A DNA stretch of 64,000 bases from an uncultured Acetobacteraceae bacterium (GTDB taxonomy: Bacteria > Pseudomonadota > Alphaproteobacteria > Acetobacterales > Acetobacteraceae): contig CAXTPG010000011.1 of the NCBI GenBank assembly GCA_964246015.1, positions 357 through 64,356 of the forward strand. Reading direction: 5' to 3'. Positions 17,178-26,425 of this stretch are shown piece after piece. The position numbers and the translations under genes were made by a program. Positions within the stretch are counted from its first letter, which is position 1; the number at the start of each line of letters is the position of its first letter. The notes below the pieces were generated by a model. That model saw only the letters and a program-made list of their open reading frames with translations. It had not been told where the DNA came from and ran no database searches.

Positions 17178-17992
17178 GCCACGCGCCTCCCGAACAGCTT
17201 TCCGAACAGGCCGCGCTTTTCGCCGGGGATGGACATCTCGATGGTTTCGCCCTGCAGGCGGCGGGCGGCGTCCATGTAGGCGCGGGCGGGGGCGCTGGTG
17301 GGGTCGGCGAGGGTGACGGGGCTGCCGACGTTGCTGGCCTTCAGGACGTCCTGGCTTTCGGGGATGATGCCCAGGAGCGGGATGCTGAGGATCTCCAGCA
17401 CGTCCTCGGTCTTCAGCATGTCGCCGCGGGCGGCGCGGAGCGGGTCGTAGCGGGTCAGCAGGAGGTGCTTGTCGATGCGCTCGCCGGCCTTGGCGCGGGC
17501 GGTGGTGCTGTCGAGCATGCCGATGATGCGGTCGCTGTCGCGGACGCTGCTGACCTCGGGGTTCGTGACCACGACGGCCATGTCGGCGTGGTGCATGGCG
17601 AGCTGCGCGCCGCGCTCGATCCCGGCGGGGCTGTCGCAGATGACCCAGTCGAACATGGCGCGGAGCTCGTCCATGACGCGGGCCACGCCCTCGCTGGTAA
17701 GGGCGTCCTTGTCGCGGGTCTGGCTGGCGGGGAGGAGGTGGAGGGTTTCGAGGCGCTTGTCGCGGATCAGCGCCTGCGTGAGCTTCGCGTCGCCTTGCGT
17801 CACGTTGATGAGGTCGTACACGACCCGGCGCTCGGCGCCCATGATGAGGTCGAGGTTGCGGAGGCCCACGTCGAAGTCGACGACGACGACCTTCTGGCCG
17901 CTTTGCGCGAGGGCTGCGCCGAGGGCCGCGGTGGAGGTGGTCTTGCCGACTCCGCCCTTGCCCGAGGTTACGACCAGGACCTTTGCTGCCAT
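17174..17992 (-). CDS. minD: Septum site-determining ATPase MinD
   Basis: Real part of ORF 17174..18886, starting at [19 protein letters not shown] (deviant Walker A). Has a C-terminal amphipathic helix ([10 protein letters not shown]). Confidence 0.95.
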   Translation of the reverse strand: MAAKVLVVTSGKGGVGKTTSTAALGAALAQSGQKVVVVDFDVGLRNLDLIMGAERRVVYDLINVTQGDAKLTQALIRDKRLETLHLLPASQTRDKDALTSEGVARVMDELRAMFDWVICDSPAGIERGAQLAMHHADMAVVVTNPEVSSVRDSDRIIGMLDSTTARAKAGERIDKHLLLTRYDPLRAARGDMLKTEDVLEILSIPLLGIIPESQDVLKASNVGSPVTLADPTSAPARAYMDAARRLQGETIEMSIPGEKRGLFGKLFGRRVA

Positions 17993-18003
17993 TCCCGTTT
18001 CCT

Positions 18004-18762
18004 TCAGTCCAATGCCGCGACCATCAGCTCCTCGCCCTGCAACCAGGCCTGGACGGCGCGGCCTTGCAGGGTGGGGCCGAGCTCGTCGGCGGTCTTGTAG
18101 ACGCCGTCGATGGCCAGCAGCTCGGCCTCGAGCCGCCGGCAGAAGATGCGGGGGCGTGCGCCGCCCGGGCCTGGCCCCAGCAGGCCGGCGATGGCCCGGC
18201 CGCGGAGCGTGCCATAGACATGGATGGACCCCCCGGCGATCACCTCGGACCCCGAGGCGACGCTGCCGATGATGGTGACGTCGCCGGCGGTGTGGGTGAC
18301 GCTCTGGCCGGAGCGGACGGGCTGGTCGAGGATGAGGGCGGAGGGTTCGGGGGGGCGCGGCGCCTCTGCGGGTTGGGCGGGGCGGGAAGGCTGGCCCGTG
18401 GGTTCGTTCTCGCCGACCAGGGCCGCGTTGCGGCCACCGGCCATGACGGGAGGAAGCTGGGCAGCCAGCGCGCCGAGGGCGTGGGGCATGGTGCCGTCGA
18501 TGCCGATCACGCGGATGCCGCGGGCGCCGAGGGCGGTGATCAGCGCCGGAAGATCGGCCTCGTGGCCGGTCAGGAGGGAAACGTCGAGCAGGACGGGGCG
18601 GCCCTCGAACACCTTGGGGGAGCGGGCGACCTGGTCGTCGAGCTGGGCGACCCAGGCGTCGAGCGGCAGGTCCGGCGTCAGGACGACGGACATGAAGGAC
18701 TTGCCGCGCAGGCGCAGGAACTGGCCGCGGGTGGCGGCGGGGCGTGTCTTGGTGCTCACCAT
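18004..18762 (-). CDS. minC: Septum site-determining protein MinC
   Basis: Real part of ORF 18004..19188, starting at MVSTKTRPA (ATG 18762-18760). Has the C-terminal beta-helix motif VRSGQSV...[29 protein letters not shown]. Confidence 0.9.
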   Translation of the reverse strand: MVSTKTRPAATRGQFLRLRGKSFMSVVLTPDLPLDAWVAQLDDQVARSPKVFEGRPVLLDVSLLTGHEADLPALITALGARGIRVIGIDGTMPHALGALAAQLPPVMAGGRNAALVGENEPTGQPSRPAQPAEAPRPPEPSALILDQPVRSGQSVTHTAGDVTIIGSVASGSEVIAGGSIHVYGTLRGRAIAGLLGPGPGGARPRIFCRRLEAELLAIDGVYKTADELGPTLQGRAVQAWLQGEELMVAALD

Positions 18763-18888
18763 CGACAGGGGGTACTCCGCGACTCGCCGGGGCGTCAACA
18801 AGATGCGCTTCGGGGCTTCTATCGTGGGGAACATTCCGGCTATCGTCGCGCGCGCATGGCCCGGTAGAGGCCCCAAGGGAGAACATCC

Positions 18889-20208
18889 ATGATCGATCGC
18901 CGCTCGTTGCTGGCTGCGTCCGCAGCCCTGCCCCTGTTCAATATCGTCGAGCGCGCGAACGCGCAGAGCCAGTTCGACTGGAAGCAGGCGAAGGGCGCCA
19001 AGATCGAGGTGAACCTCGCGAAGTCGCCGCGGGGCGACGTTGTGCAGGCGCACCAGAAGGAGTTCGAGGAGCTGACGGGGATCAAGGTCGGCAGCGAACA
19101 GATCCCGGAGCAGCAGCAGCGCCCGAAGGTGGCGATCGAGATGGCGTCGGGGCGGCCGAGCTTCGATGTCGTGAACGTCGCGATGCACGTGCAGAAGCGG
19201 CTGATCGAGAAGGGCCGCTGGATGGAGGATCTGCGGCCGATGATCCAGAACGCGGCGATCACGGCGCCGGGTCTGGACATGGCGGATTTCAGCCCGGCGA
19301 CGATGAAGGCGGCGACGGGGGCGGACGGAAAGCTGAACGTGCTGCCGTTCAACCAGGATCTGTTCATCCTATTCTACAACAAGGAATTGTTCGACCAGGC
19401 CGGGCTTTCGGTGCCGAAGACGTATGACGAGATGATGGCCGCGGCGATCAAGCTGACGGACAAGAGCAAGGGTGTGTTCGGGTTCACCGGGCGGGGCGTG
19501 AAGAACGCGAACGTCGTGCTGTACGACAACATCCTGCTGGGCTGGGATCAGGAGACGATCACGGCGGACGGCAAGACGCTGCTGACGGACACCCCGGCGG
19601 CGATCGAGGCGGCGACGTGGTACCAGAAGATCATGCGGGAGTGCGCGCCGCCGGGGTCGGTGGGGTTCAACTGGAACGAGTGCCAGACGACGTTCAGCCA
19701 GGGGCGGGCGGCGATGTGGTGGGACGGGATCGGGTTCTCGGCGCCGCTGGTGGATCCGTCGAAGTCGAAGATCGTGGGCAAGGTGGGGTTCGCGCCGGTG
19801 CCGATGGGCCCGAAGGCGCAGAACTCGTGCACGTTCATCGATGCGATCGGGATTCCGGCGGCGAGCAAGAACAAGACGGCGGCGTGGCTGTACGTGCAGT
19901 GGGCGACGAGCAAGACGATGTTCCCGAACTGGCTGAAGGTGGGCGCGGGGACCCCGCCGCGGGCGAGCAGCTATGGCGACCAGGAGATCGTGAAGGCGAG
20001 CGCGTTCCCGAAGGAGTGGTTCGACACGACGATCAAGAGCCTGGCGATCGCGCGGAGCGGGCTGCCGGAGATCGTCCCGGTGACGGAGTTCCGGGACACG
20101 ATCGGGGTTGCGCTGACGAACATCATCGGGGGCGCGGACCCGGCCAGCGAGATGAAGAAGGCGACGGAGGCGTTCCGGCCGGTGCTGGCGAAGGCGAACG
20201 AGGCCTGA
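18889..20208 (+). CDS. ABC transporter substrate-binding protein, family 1 (sugar type); no adjacent permease or ATPase
   Basis: 439 aa. Signal MIDRRSLLAASAALPLFNIVERANAQ. Typical carbohydrate SBP blocks are present (LFYNKELF, WNE...F..G.AAM, and W...P near the C-terminal lobe). Confidence 0.85.
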   Translation: MIDRRSLLAASAALPLFNIVERANAQSQFDWKQAKGAKIEVNLAKSPRGDVVQAHQKEFEELTGIKVGSEQIPEQQQRPKVAIEMASGRPSFDVVNVAMHVQKRLIEKGRWMEDLRPMIQNAAITAPGLDMADFSPATMKAATGADGKLNVLPFNQDLFILFYNKELFDQAGLSVPKTYDEMMAAAIKLTDKSKGVFGFTGRGVKNANVVLYDNILLGWDQETITADGKTLLTDTPAAIEAATWYQKIMRECAPPGSVGFNWNECQTTFSQGRAAMWWDGIGFSAPLVDPSKSKIVGKVGFAPVPMGPKAQNSCTFIDAIGIPAASKNKTAAWLYVQWATSKTMFPNWLKVGAGTPPRASSYGDQEIVKASAFPKEWFDTTIKSLAIARSGLPEIVPVTEFRDTIGVALTNIIGGADPASEMKKATEAFRPVLAKANEA

Positions 20209-20222
20209 CGGGGTAGAGGGGG

Positions 20223-20239
20223 GCCGGCGGGACGCCGGC
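20223..20239 (+). terminator. Short GC hairpin after the sugar SBP gene (no clear U-tract)
   Basis: gccggcg-gga-cgccggc, a 7-bp perfect stem located 15 nt after the stop at 20208. Confidence 0.3.
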
Positions 20240-20265
20240 GCTACGAGGGTGGCTTGCGTGTTGTT

Positions 20266-20300
20266 CCGGTTGATCCAAGAGTGCCGGGTGGATCAACCGG
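20266..20300. promoter_or_regulatory. Perfect 11-bp inverted repeat (13-nt spacer) immediately upstream of the GH2-like gene
   Basis: ccggttgatcc (20266-20276) and ggatcaaccgg (20290-20300). The right arm ends 9 nt before the GTG start at 20310. Confidence 0.35.
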
Positions 20301-20309
20301 GGATGGGGC

Positions 20310-22502
20310 GTGATCGGGGGCGAGGTACTGGAGGGGTGGCGCCGGCTGACGCCTGAGTATCCGGATGTGGACGGGCATGAGCATCGTTGGGTGCTGGATG
20401 TCTCTCTGCCGGCCGGGGGCGTGCTGGAGTTCCAGGGGCTGGCGACCTGGTGCGTCGTGCTGATCGACGGACGCGTGGTGGCGGAGCATCGGACGATGTT
20501 CCGGCCTTTGTTCGTGACGGTGCCGGCGGGGGGCGGGCGCGTGCTCGAGATTCGGAGCCTGGTGCTGGCGCCGGAGAGGGGCGGGCGGCGGGCGCGGTGG
20601 CGGAACCGGCTGGTGGCGGGGGAGTCGCTGCGCGGGGTCCGGACCACGCTGCTGGGGCGCATGGCCGGGACGGGGGCGGTCATCGCGGGGCCGTACCGGC
20701 CCGCGGTGCTGCATCGGGGCGGGGTGCGGCGGGCGGTGATGCGGGCGACGCTCGGGGATGGCGTGGGGGTTGTCGTGGTCCGGGTCAGCGGGGTGGCGGA
20801 GGGTGTCGTCGAGGCGTGCGGGCACTCTGTCGTGCTGCGGCAGGAGGGCGAGGCGCTGGTGGGGACGCTGCGCGTGCCCGATCCGCCGCTGTGGTGGCCA
20901 CACACGCATGGCACGCCGGCGCTGGTCGAGGTGCGGGGGGTGCTCGACGGCGAGGCGGTGGTGCTCGGGCGGGTCGGGTTCCGGACGATCGGGCGGGCGG
21001 CGGGGGCGGGGTTCGGGCCGGTCGTGAACGGGGTGCCGGTGTTCTGCCGGGGCGCGGTATGGATGGGGGGCGGGGCGGCGGCGCTGGAGCGGATGCGGGA
21101 CGCCGGGTTGAACATGGTGCGGGTGCCGGGGTTCACGGTGTATCCGGACCGCGCGTTCCTGGAGGCGTGCGACGCGCTGGGGGTGCTGCTGTGGCAGGAT
21201 TTCATGTTCTCGCGGTTCGATTACCCGGCGGATGAGGGGTTTCTCGCCGAGGCGGCGGCGGAGGCGGCGGGGTTCCTGGACGGGACGGCCGGGCACCCGT
21301 GCGTGGCGGTGCTGTGCGGGGGGGACGAGACGGTGCAGGCGGCCGTGATGGCGGGGCGGCCGGCGTCGGAATGGGGGCACGCGCTGTTCGATCGCGTGCT
21401 GGCCGGGGCGGCGGCGGCGGGGCGCCCGGATGTGCCCTATGTGACGAATGCTCCGTCGGGGGGGGAGTTGCCGATCGGCGGATCGGCGCCGGTTTCGCAT
21501 TTCTTCGGGGTGGGGGCGTATCTGCGGCCCTTGGCGGACGCGGCAGGGGTGCGGTTCGCGGCGGCGTGCCTCGCATTCTCCAACCCCGCGGACCCGGCGG
21601 GGTGCCGCGCGCTGTGCGGGGCGCCGGGGGATGGGGATTGGGCGGCGAGCGTGCCGCGGGACCCCGGGCTGTCCTGGACGTTCGAGGATGTGCGGGACCA
21701 CTACGTGGGGCGGCTGTTCGGCGCGGATGCGGCGGCGTTGCGGCGGACGGACCCCGAGGGCTGGCTCGCCGTGGGGCGGGCGGCGGTGGCGCTGGCGATG
21801 CAGTCGGCGATGTCGACCTGGCGGGCGGACCCGGCGTGCGGGGGCGCGCTGGTGCTGGCGTTGCAGGACCGGGTGGCGGGACCGGGGTGGGGAGTGCTGG
21901 ACCATCGGGGGCGGGCGAAGTCGGCGCTGCATGCGCTCGCGGCGGTGTGCCGGCCGGTGCAGGTACTGCTGCAGGACCGGGGGCTGGACGGGGTGGTCGT
22001 GCACCTCGTGAACGATACGGGGGAGGCACGGCGGTTGCGGCTGGTGGTGCGGGGGCTGAGTGAGGCGGGGATCGTCGAGGTGTTGGCGGACGCGGAGCAG
22101 GTGCTGGGCGCGCGCGCGGTGGCAACCGTGGCGGCGGCGGCGTTGATGGGCCGGTTTCGGGACTTGGTGGGTGCGTGGCGGTTCGGGACGCCGCCCTACG
22201 TCGTGCTGGGGGCAGCGCTGCTGGATGGGGAGACCATGATCTCGGAATCGGTGCTGTTTCCGCAGGGGCCGGCGTTGGGGACGGGGGATGTGGGGTTGGC
22301 GGCGAAGCTGGAGGCGGATGTGCTGACGGTCGCGGCGCGGGGGTTCGCGCAGTTCGTCGCGATCGACGACGAGGCGTGCGTGCCGGATATCGACCATTTC
22401 CATCTGTGGCCGGGGGAGGCGCGGCGGGTGCGGTTGTCGGGCGGCCGGCCGGGGGGGAGCGTGCGGGCGTTGAACGGGGTGGGGGCGGCGCACTACCGAT
22501 GA
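20310..22502 (+). CDS. Glycoside hydrolase family 2 (beta-mannosidase-like) protein, apparently lacking both catalytic glutamates
   Basis: 730 aa with a GTG start. GH2 blocks are present (LWWPH.HG.P, VNG.P.F.RG..W, LLWQDFMFS..DYP). The acid/base position reads VYPD instead of the remembered GGG.YE. The nucleophile block reads RFAAACLAFSNP instead of RF.SEFG.QS.P. Confidence 0.75.
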   Translation: MIGGEVLEGWRRLTPEYPDVDGHEHRWVLDVSLPAGGVLEFQGLATWCVVLIDGRVVAEHRTMFRPLFVTVPAGGGRVLEIRSLVLAPERGGRRARWRNRLVAGESLRGVRTTLLGRMAGTGAVIAGPYRPAVLHRGGVRRAVMRATLGDGVGVVVVRVSGVAEGVVEACGHSVVLRQEGEALVGTLRVPDPPLWWPHTHGTPALVEVRGVLDGEAVVLGRVGFRTIGRAAGAGFGPVVNGVPVFCRGAVWMGGGAAALERMRDAGLNMVRVPGFTVYPDRAFLEACDALGVLLWQDFMFSRFDYPADEGFLAEAAAEAAGFLDGTAGHPCVAVLCGGDETVQAAVMAGRPASEWGHALFDRVLAGAAAAGRPDVPYVTNAPSGGELPIGGSAPVSHFFGVGAYLRPLADAAGVRFAAACLAFSNPADPAGCRALCGAPGDGDWAASVPRDPGLSWTFEDVRDHYVGRLFGADAAALRRTDPEGWLAVGRAAVALAMQSAMSTWRADPACGGALVLALQDRVAGPGWGVLDHRGRAKSALHALAAVCRPVQVLLQDRGLDGVVVHLVNDTGEARRLRLVVRGLSEAGIVEVLADAEQVLGARAVATVAAAALMGRFRDLVGAWRFGTPPYVVLGAALLDGETMISESVLFPQGPALGTGDVGLAAKLEADVLTVAARGFAQFVAIDDEACVPDIDHFHLWPGEARRVRLSGGRPGGSVRALNGVGAAHYR

Positions 22503-24115
22503 TCCCGGTGGCGATCGAAAGCCCGGCCGGGGCGTGCTTCGGGACGTATCATGCGGCCGGCGGGGCGGCGTTGCTGATCCTGCCGCTATGGGGCTACGAG
22601 GCGCTTAGTACGTACCGGGTCTGGAGGGAGCTGGCGGATCGGCTGGCGGCCGGGGGGATCGCGGTGTTGCGTCTGGACTTGCCGGGGACGGGGGATTCGG
22701 CGGGCGTGGCGGAGATGGCGGACCCGGTCGGGGCGCACCGGGCGGCGGTGGATGCGGGGGTGGCGTGGCTTGCAGCGCGGCATGGGGCGGTTTCGATCCT
22801 GGGGGCGCGGTTCGGGGCGTTGCTGGCGGTGGATGCGGCGGGGCGCGGGGCTGCCGTGCGGTCGCTGGTGCTGCTGGATGCCCCGGCGGACGGGGCGGCG
22901 CTGGCGCGGCAGTTGCGGGCGCGGTCGCGGCTGGAACCGGGCGGGACGGAGGACCGGCGGGCCTACGGGGTGCCGCTCACGGATGCGATGCTGGCGGGGT
23001 TGGCGGGGTTGCCCGTGGCGCCGCAGGGACAGATGGAGACGCTGCTCATCGGGGAGGCGCAGGGACGGCCGCCAGCCTGGTCGGAGGGACTGCGGATCGT
23101 CGAGGCGGCGCCGTTCGAGGAGCGCGATGCGTTCGTGATGCGCGACAGTTTCCAGCGCATGGCCCCGGCTGCGGCGTTCGGCCGCGTCGTGGCGTTCCTC
23201 GCAGGCCGGGCCGGGACCGTGCCGGTGCCGGAGGTGGGGGCGGGCGCGCTGATCCTTCCGGGAATGCGGGAGGAGCCGGTGTGGTTCGGGCCCGGGTTGT
23301 TCGGCGTGCTGACGGTGCCCGATGGCGCGCCGCGGGGGGTCGCGGCGCTGATCCCGTCGACGGGGAACCTGCCGCGGAGCGGACCGGGGCGGGCGTCGGT
23401 GCTGCTGGCGCGGCGGCTTGCGGCGGCTGGTTTCGCGACGCTGCGGTATGATTGCGCGGGGGTGGGCGACAGCGAGGGCGCGATCCATGGCGACCCGGCC
23501 GTCGAGACCTACCTGCCGGAGCAGGTCGGGCATGTGGCGCTGGCGGTCAATGTGCTGGCGGGGCGGGGGTTCGGGCGGGTGGTCGTCGTCGGGCACTGCT
23601 CGGGGGCGTATCTGGGATGGCATGCGGCGGCGGGGAATGCGGGGATCGTGGGGGTGTTCGCGATCAACCTGCAGATCCTGAAGCGGATGGATGCGGCGGA
23701 CGCGGCGGCGACGGTTCGTCCGCATGGGACGCCGACTGGTTCGGCGGGTGCGGCGGAACCGCCCCGGGGTGGCGGACTGAAGGCGCTGGTGCGGCGGGCG
23801 TGTCCGCCCTGGTTGTGGGATTGGCTGCGGTCGATGACGGCGGAGGAGCGGGGGGTCCGGCGGCAGTTGCGGGGGTTGGTGCGGCGGGGGTGCCGGGTGC
23901 ATTTCGTGTTCGGGACGGAGGAGGACGAGCAGTACCGCTTCCACCGCGCGTTCGGGCGGCCGCCGCGGTTGCCCGCGGGGGCCGAGCTTACGGTGATCGA
24001 GGGGGCGGACCACATGTTCTCGGCCGCGCGGCACCGGACTCGGCTGCTCGATCTTGCGGCCGGGTTCGTGGCGTCGCATGACACGGGGGCAACGAGGGGT
24101 GGGGAGCGGGTGTGA
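22499..24115 (+). CDS. Fused tandem alpha/beta-hydrolase-fold protein (two domains; Arg and Cys at the nucleophile-elbow positions)
   Basis: ATG 22499 overlaps the GH2 stop (ATGA). Domain 1 has LRLDLPGTGDSAG and elbow ILGARFGALLA (22802-22816). Domain 2 has LRYDCAGVGDSEG and elbow VVGHCSGAYLG (23591-23605). Confidence 0.75.
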   Translation: MIPVAIESPAGACFGTYHAAGGAALLILPLWGYEALSTYRVWRELADRLAAGGIAVLRLDLPGTGDSAGVAEMADPVGAHRAAVDAGVAWLAARHGAVSILGARFGALLAVDAAGRGAAVRSLVLLDAPADGAALARQLRARSRLEPGGTEDRRAYGVPLTDAMLAGLAGLPVAPQGQMETLLIGEAQGRPPAWSEGLRIVEAAPFEERDAFVMRDSFQRMAPAAAFGRVVAFLAGRAGTVPVPEVGAGALILPGMREEPVWFGPGLFGVLTVPDGAPRGVAALIPSTGNLPRSGPGRASVLLARRLAAAGFATLRYDCAGVGDSEGAIHGDPAVETYLPEQVGHVALAVNVLAGRGFGRVVVVGHCSGAYLGWHAAAGNAGIVGVFAINLQILKRMDAADAAATVRPHGTPTGSAGAAEPPRGGGLKALVRRACPPWLWDWLRSMTAEERGVRRQLRGLVRRGCRVHFVFGTEEDEQYRFHRAFGRPPRLPAGAELTVIEGADHMFSAARHRTRLLDLAAGFVASHDTGATRGGERV

Positions 24116-24363
24116 CGGTCGATTCTGAGGGGACGGAGGGCGTGATGCGGACGCTGCTGGCCGAGGTGAATGTCGGGGGGGCGGGGCTGGGGGTGGATGA
24201 CGACCTGCCGGGGGCGGGGCTCACGTCGTTGAAGACGGTCGATCTGATGCTGGCGATCGAGGATCGGTTCGGGATCGAGTTTCCGGAGAAGCTGCTGAAC
24301 CGGCGGACGTTCGCGACGATCGGGAACCTGGTCGAGGCGGTGGAGGGGTTGCTGCCGCCATGA
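24112..24363 (+). CDS. Acyl/aminoacyl carrier protein
   Basis: 83 aa with GTG at 24112 overlapping the upstream stop; an alternative ATG lies at 24145. Phosphopantetheine-site context DLPGAGLTSLKTVDLMLAIEDRFGIEFP, with a four-helix-bundle-like pattern. Confidence 0.8.
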   Translation: MTVDSEGTEGVMRTLLAEVNVGGAGLGVDDDLPGAGLTSLKTVDLMLAIEDRFGIEFPEKLLNRRTFATIGNLVEAVEGLLPP

Positions 24364-25535
24364 CCGCATTGCCTCCGCGGGTATCGACGGTGCCGGCGGA
24401 GGCGCGGCGGATCGCGCGCGCGGTGGCGGCGCCGTTGGCGGGGGAGATCGACCGGGCGGGGCGGGTCCCGGCGGAGGCGATCGGGGCGTTGCGGGCGGCC
24501 GGGCTGCTGGGGGCGGCGGTGCCCCGGGCCATGGGGGGGCAGGGAGCCTCGATCCGCGATGTGGCGGCGGCGTGCTTCGAGCTGGGGCAGGCGTGCGCGT
24601 CGACGGCGATGGTGTTCGCGATGCACCAGATCCAGGTGGCGTGCCTGGTGCGGCATGGCGCGGACGACGCCTGGCAGGCGGGGTTCCTGCGGCGGGTGGC
24701 GACCGAGGGGCTGCTGCTGGCGAGCGGGACGACGGAGGGGGCGACCGGGGGCGACGTGGGCGCCAGCGATTGCGCGGTGGCGCAGGCGGACGGGGTGATC
24801 CGGCTGGAGAAGACCGGTTGCGTCATCTCGTACGGCGCCGTGGCCGACGCGGTGCTGATCACGGCCCGGCGGGCGGCGGATGCGGCACCGGGGGACCAGG
24901 TGCTGCTGGTGGCGGAACGCGGGCAGTTGGAGCTGCGGCAGACCGGCGGGTGGGACACGCTGGGGATGCGCGGAACGGACAGCCGGGGGTACGCACTGCG
25001 GGCGGCGTGCGGGCCGGACCAGGTGCTGCCTGTGGGGTATGGGATCATTTCCGCCGAGACGATGCTGCCAGTGTCGCACATCGTGTGGGCGTCGCTGTGG
25101 CTGGGGATCGCAACGGATGCGTGCGGGCGGGCGCGGGCGGCGGTGCGGGCGCGGGCGGCGCCGGGCCGGGTTCCGGGGGGTGCGGCGCGGCTGCGGGAGG
25201 CGGTGGCGGCGTTGCAGAGCCTGCGGGCGACGCTGATCGACGCGGTGGGGCGGTACGAGGCGGCGCTGGCGGAGCCGGAGCGGCTGGGATCGATCGGGTT
25301 CGGGCTGGCGATGAACGGGCTGAAGCTGCAGGCGAGCACGATGGCGGTGCAGGTGGTGGGGCAGGCGCTGCAGGCGGCGGGGCTTTCGGGCTACCGGAAC
25401 GACAGCCCGCACAGCGTGGGGCGGCACCTGCGGGACGCGCATTCGTCGATCCTGATGGTGGGCAACGACCGGATCGTCGCGAACAACGCCGGGCTGATGA
25501 CGGCGTGGCGGAGCGAGGAGGGGTTGTTCGAATGA
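24360..25535 (+). CDS. Acyl-CoA dehydrogenase family flavoprotein
   Basis: 391 aa. ACAD blocks are present: MHQ..V in the N-terminal helical region, GWDTLGMRGTDS in the middle beta domain, and a C-terminal helical domain with GYRNDSP..R..RD. ATGA overlaps at both ends. Confidence 0.85.
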   Translation: MTALPPRVSTVPAEARRIARAVAAPLAGEIDRAGRVPAEAIGALRAAGLLGAAVPRAMGGQGASIRDVAAACFELGQACASTAMVFAMHQIQVACLVRHGADDAWQAGFLRRVATEGLLLASGTTEGATGGDVGASDCAVAQADGVIRLEKTGCVISYGAVADAVLITARRAADAAPGDQVLLVAERGQLELRQTGGWDTLGMRGTDSRGYALRAACGPDQVLPVGYGIISAETMLPVSHIVWASLWLGIATDACGRARAAVRARAAPGRVPGGAARLREAVAALQSLRATLIDAVGRYEAALAEPERLGSIGFGLAMNGLKLQASTMAVQVVGQALQAAGLSGYRNDSPHSVGRHLRDAHSSILMVGNDRIVANNAGLMTAWRSEEGLFE

Positions 25536-26425
25536 GTTTCCGGGACGCGCTGATCGAGGCTGGCGTGATGGTGCCCAGCCCGGCGCAAGGCGTGGTGGCG
25601 TGGTCCGGGGCGTTCCAACGCGTGGTGGACGGGCTGGACCGACTGCTGGACCAGGAGTCGGCCCGGCGGGGGATGGAGGTGATGCGGTTTCCGCCGGTGA
25701 TGCCGCGCAGCCATTTCGAGGCGAGCGGCTACATGAAGAGCTTCCCGCAGTTCGCCGGCACGATCCACTGCTTCTGCGGCAGCGAGGCGGATCATCGGAC
25801 GCTGCTGCGGTGCATGTCGGCCGGGGAGGATTGGAGCGGGCATCAGGCGGCCACCGAGGTCGTGCTGACGCCGGCGTGCTGCTATCCGCTGTATCCGGTG
25901 CTGGGGCGGCGGGGGACGCTGCCGGCGGGGGGGGTGACGGTCGATATCGCGTCGTGGTGCTACCGGGAGGAGCCATCGGACGATCCGGCGCGCATGCGGA
26001 GTTTCCGGCTTCGGGAGTTCGTGCGCGCGGGGTCCGCCGCGGAGGTCGCGGCGTTCCGCACGGAATGGATGGGGCGGGGGATGGCGGTCGCGGCGGCGCT
26101 GGGGCTGGAGGCGGAGTTGGAGGTGGCGAACGACCCGTTCTTCGGGCGGCCAGGGGTGCTGCGGGCGGGGATGCAGCGGGAAGAGGAAGCGAAGTTCGAG
26201 CTGGTGATCACGACGGGGGGGCCGAAGGGCACGGCGTGCGCGAGCTTCAACGACGCGAAGGATCTGTTCGGCGGGCTGTTCGGGATCGTGCAGGCGGACG
26301 GGGCGGTCGCGCGGACGGGGTGCGTGGGGTTCGGGATGGAGCGGATGACGCTGGCGCTGTTCCATCGGCATGGCATGGACCCCGGGGCGTGGCCGGGTTC
26401 GGTGCGGGATGCATTGAGCCTGTGA
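25532..26425 (+). CDS. Amino acid--[acyl-carrier-protein] ligase (truncated class II aaRS / methanogen-type SerRS catalytic-core homologue)
   Basis: 297-aa part of ORF 24572..26425, starting at MSFRDALIEAG. Class II core only, with no tRNA-binding arm. Motif 2-like WCYREEPSDDPARMRSFRLREF, motif 3-like GCVGFGMERM, and conserved Cys (PACCYP) consistent with a Zn site. Confidence 0.8.
   Translation: MSFRDALIEAGVMVPSPAQGVVAWSGAFQRVVDGLDRLLDQESARRGMEVMRFPPVMPRSHFEASGYMKSFPQFAGTIHCFCGSEADHRTLLRCMSAGEDWSGHQAATEVVLTPACCYPLYPVLGRRGTLPAGGVTVDIASWCYREEPSDDPARMRSFRLREFVRAGSAAEVAAFRTEWMGRGMAVAAALGLEAELEVANDPFFGRPGVLRAGMQREEEAKFELVITTGGPKGTACASFNDAKDLFGGLFGIVQADGAVARTGCVGFGMERMTLALFHRHGMDPGAWPGSVRDALSL

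Noticed and set aside
20241-22493. 750-aa minus-strand ORF, and the 23988..25976 minus-strand 662-aa ORF, covering the carrier-protein operon.
   Set aside because: These are Arg/Pro/His-rich shadow translations. The plus-strand frames carry GH2, hydrolase, ACP, ACAD and aaRS motifs and consistent start/stop coupling.
22499-24115. Calling the fused hydrolase 'exosortase A-associated hydrolase 1/2'.
   Set aside because: The resemblance is based only on remembered gene context and unusual elbow residues. No exosortase, PLP decarboxylase or AMP-ligase is present in the window. It is reported as a hypothesis only.
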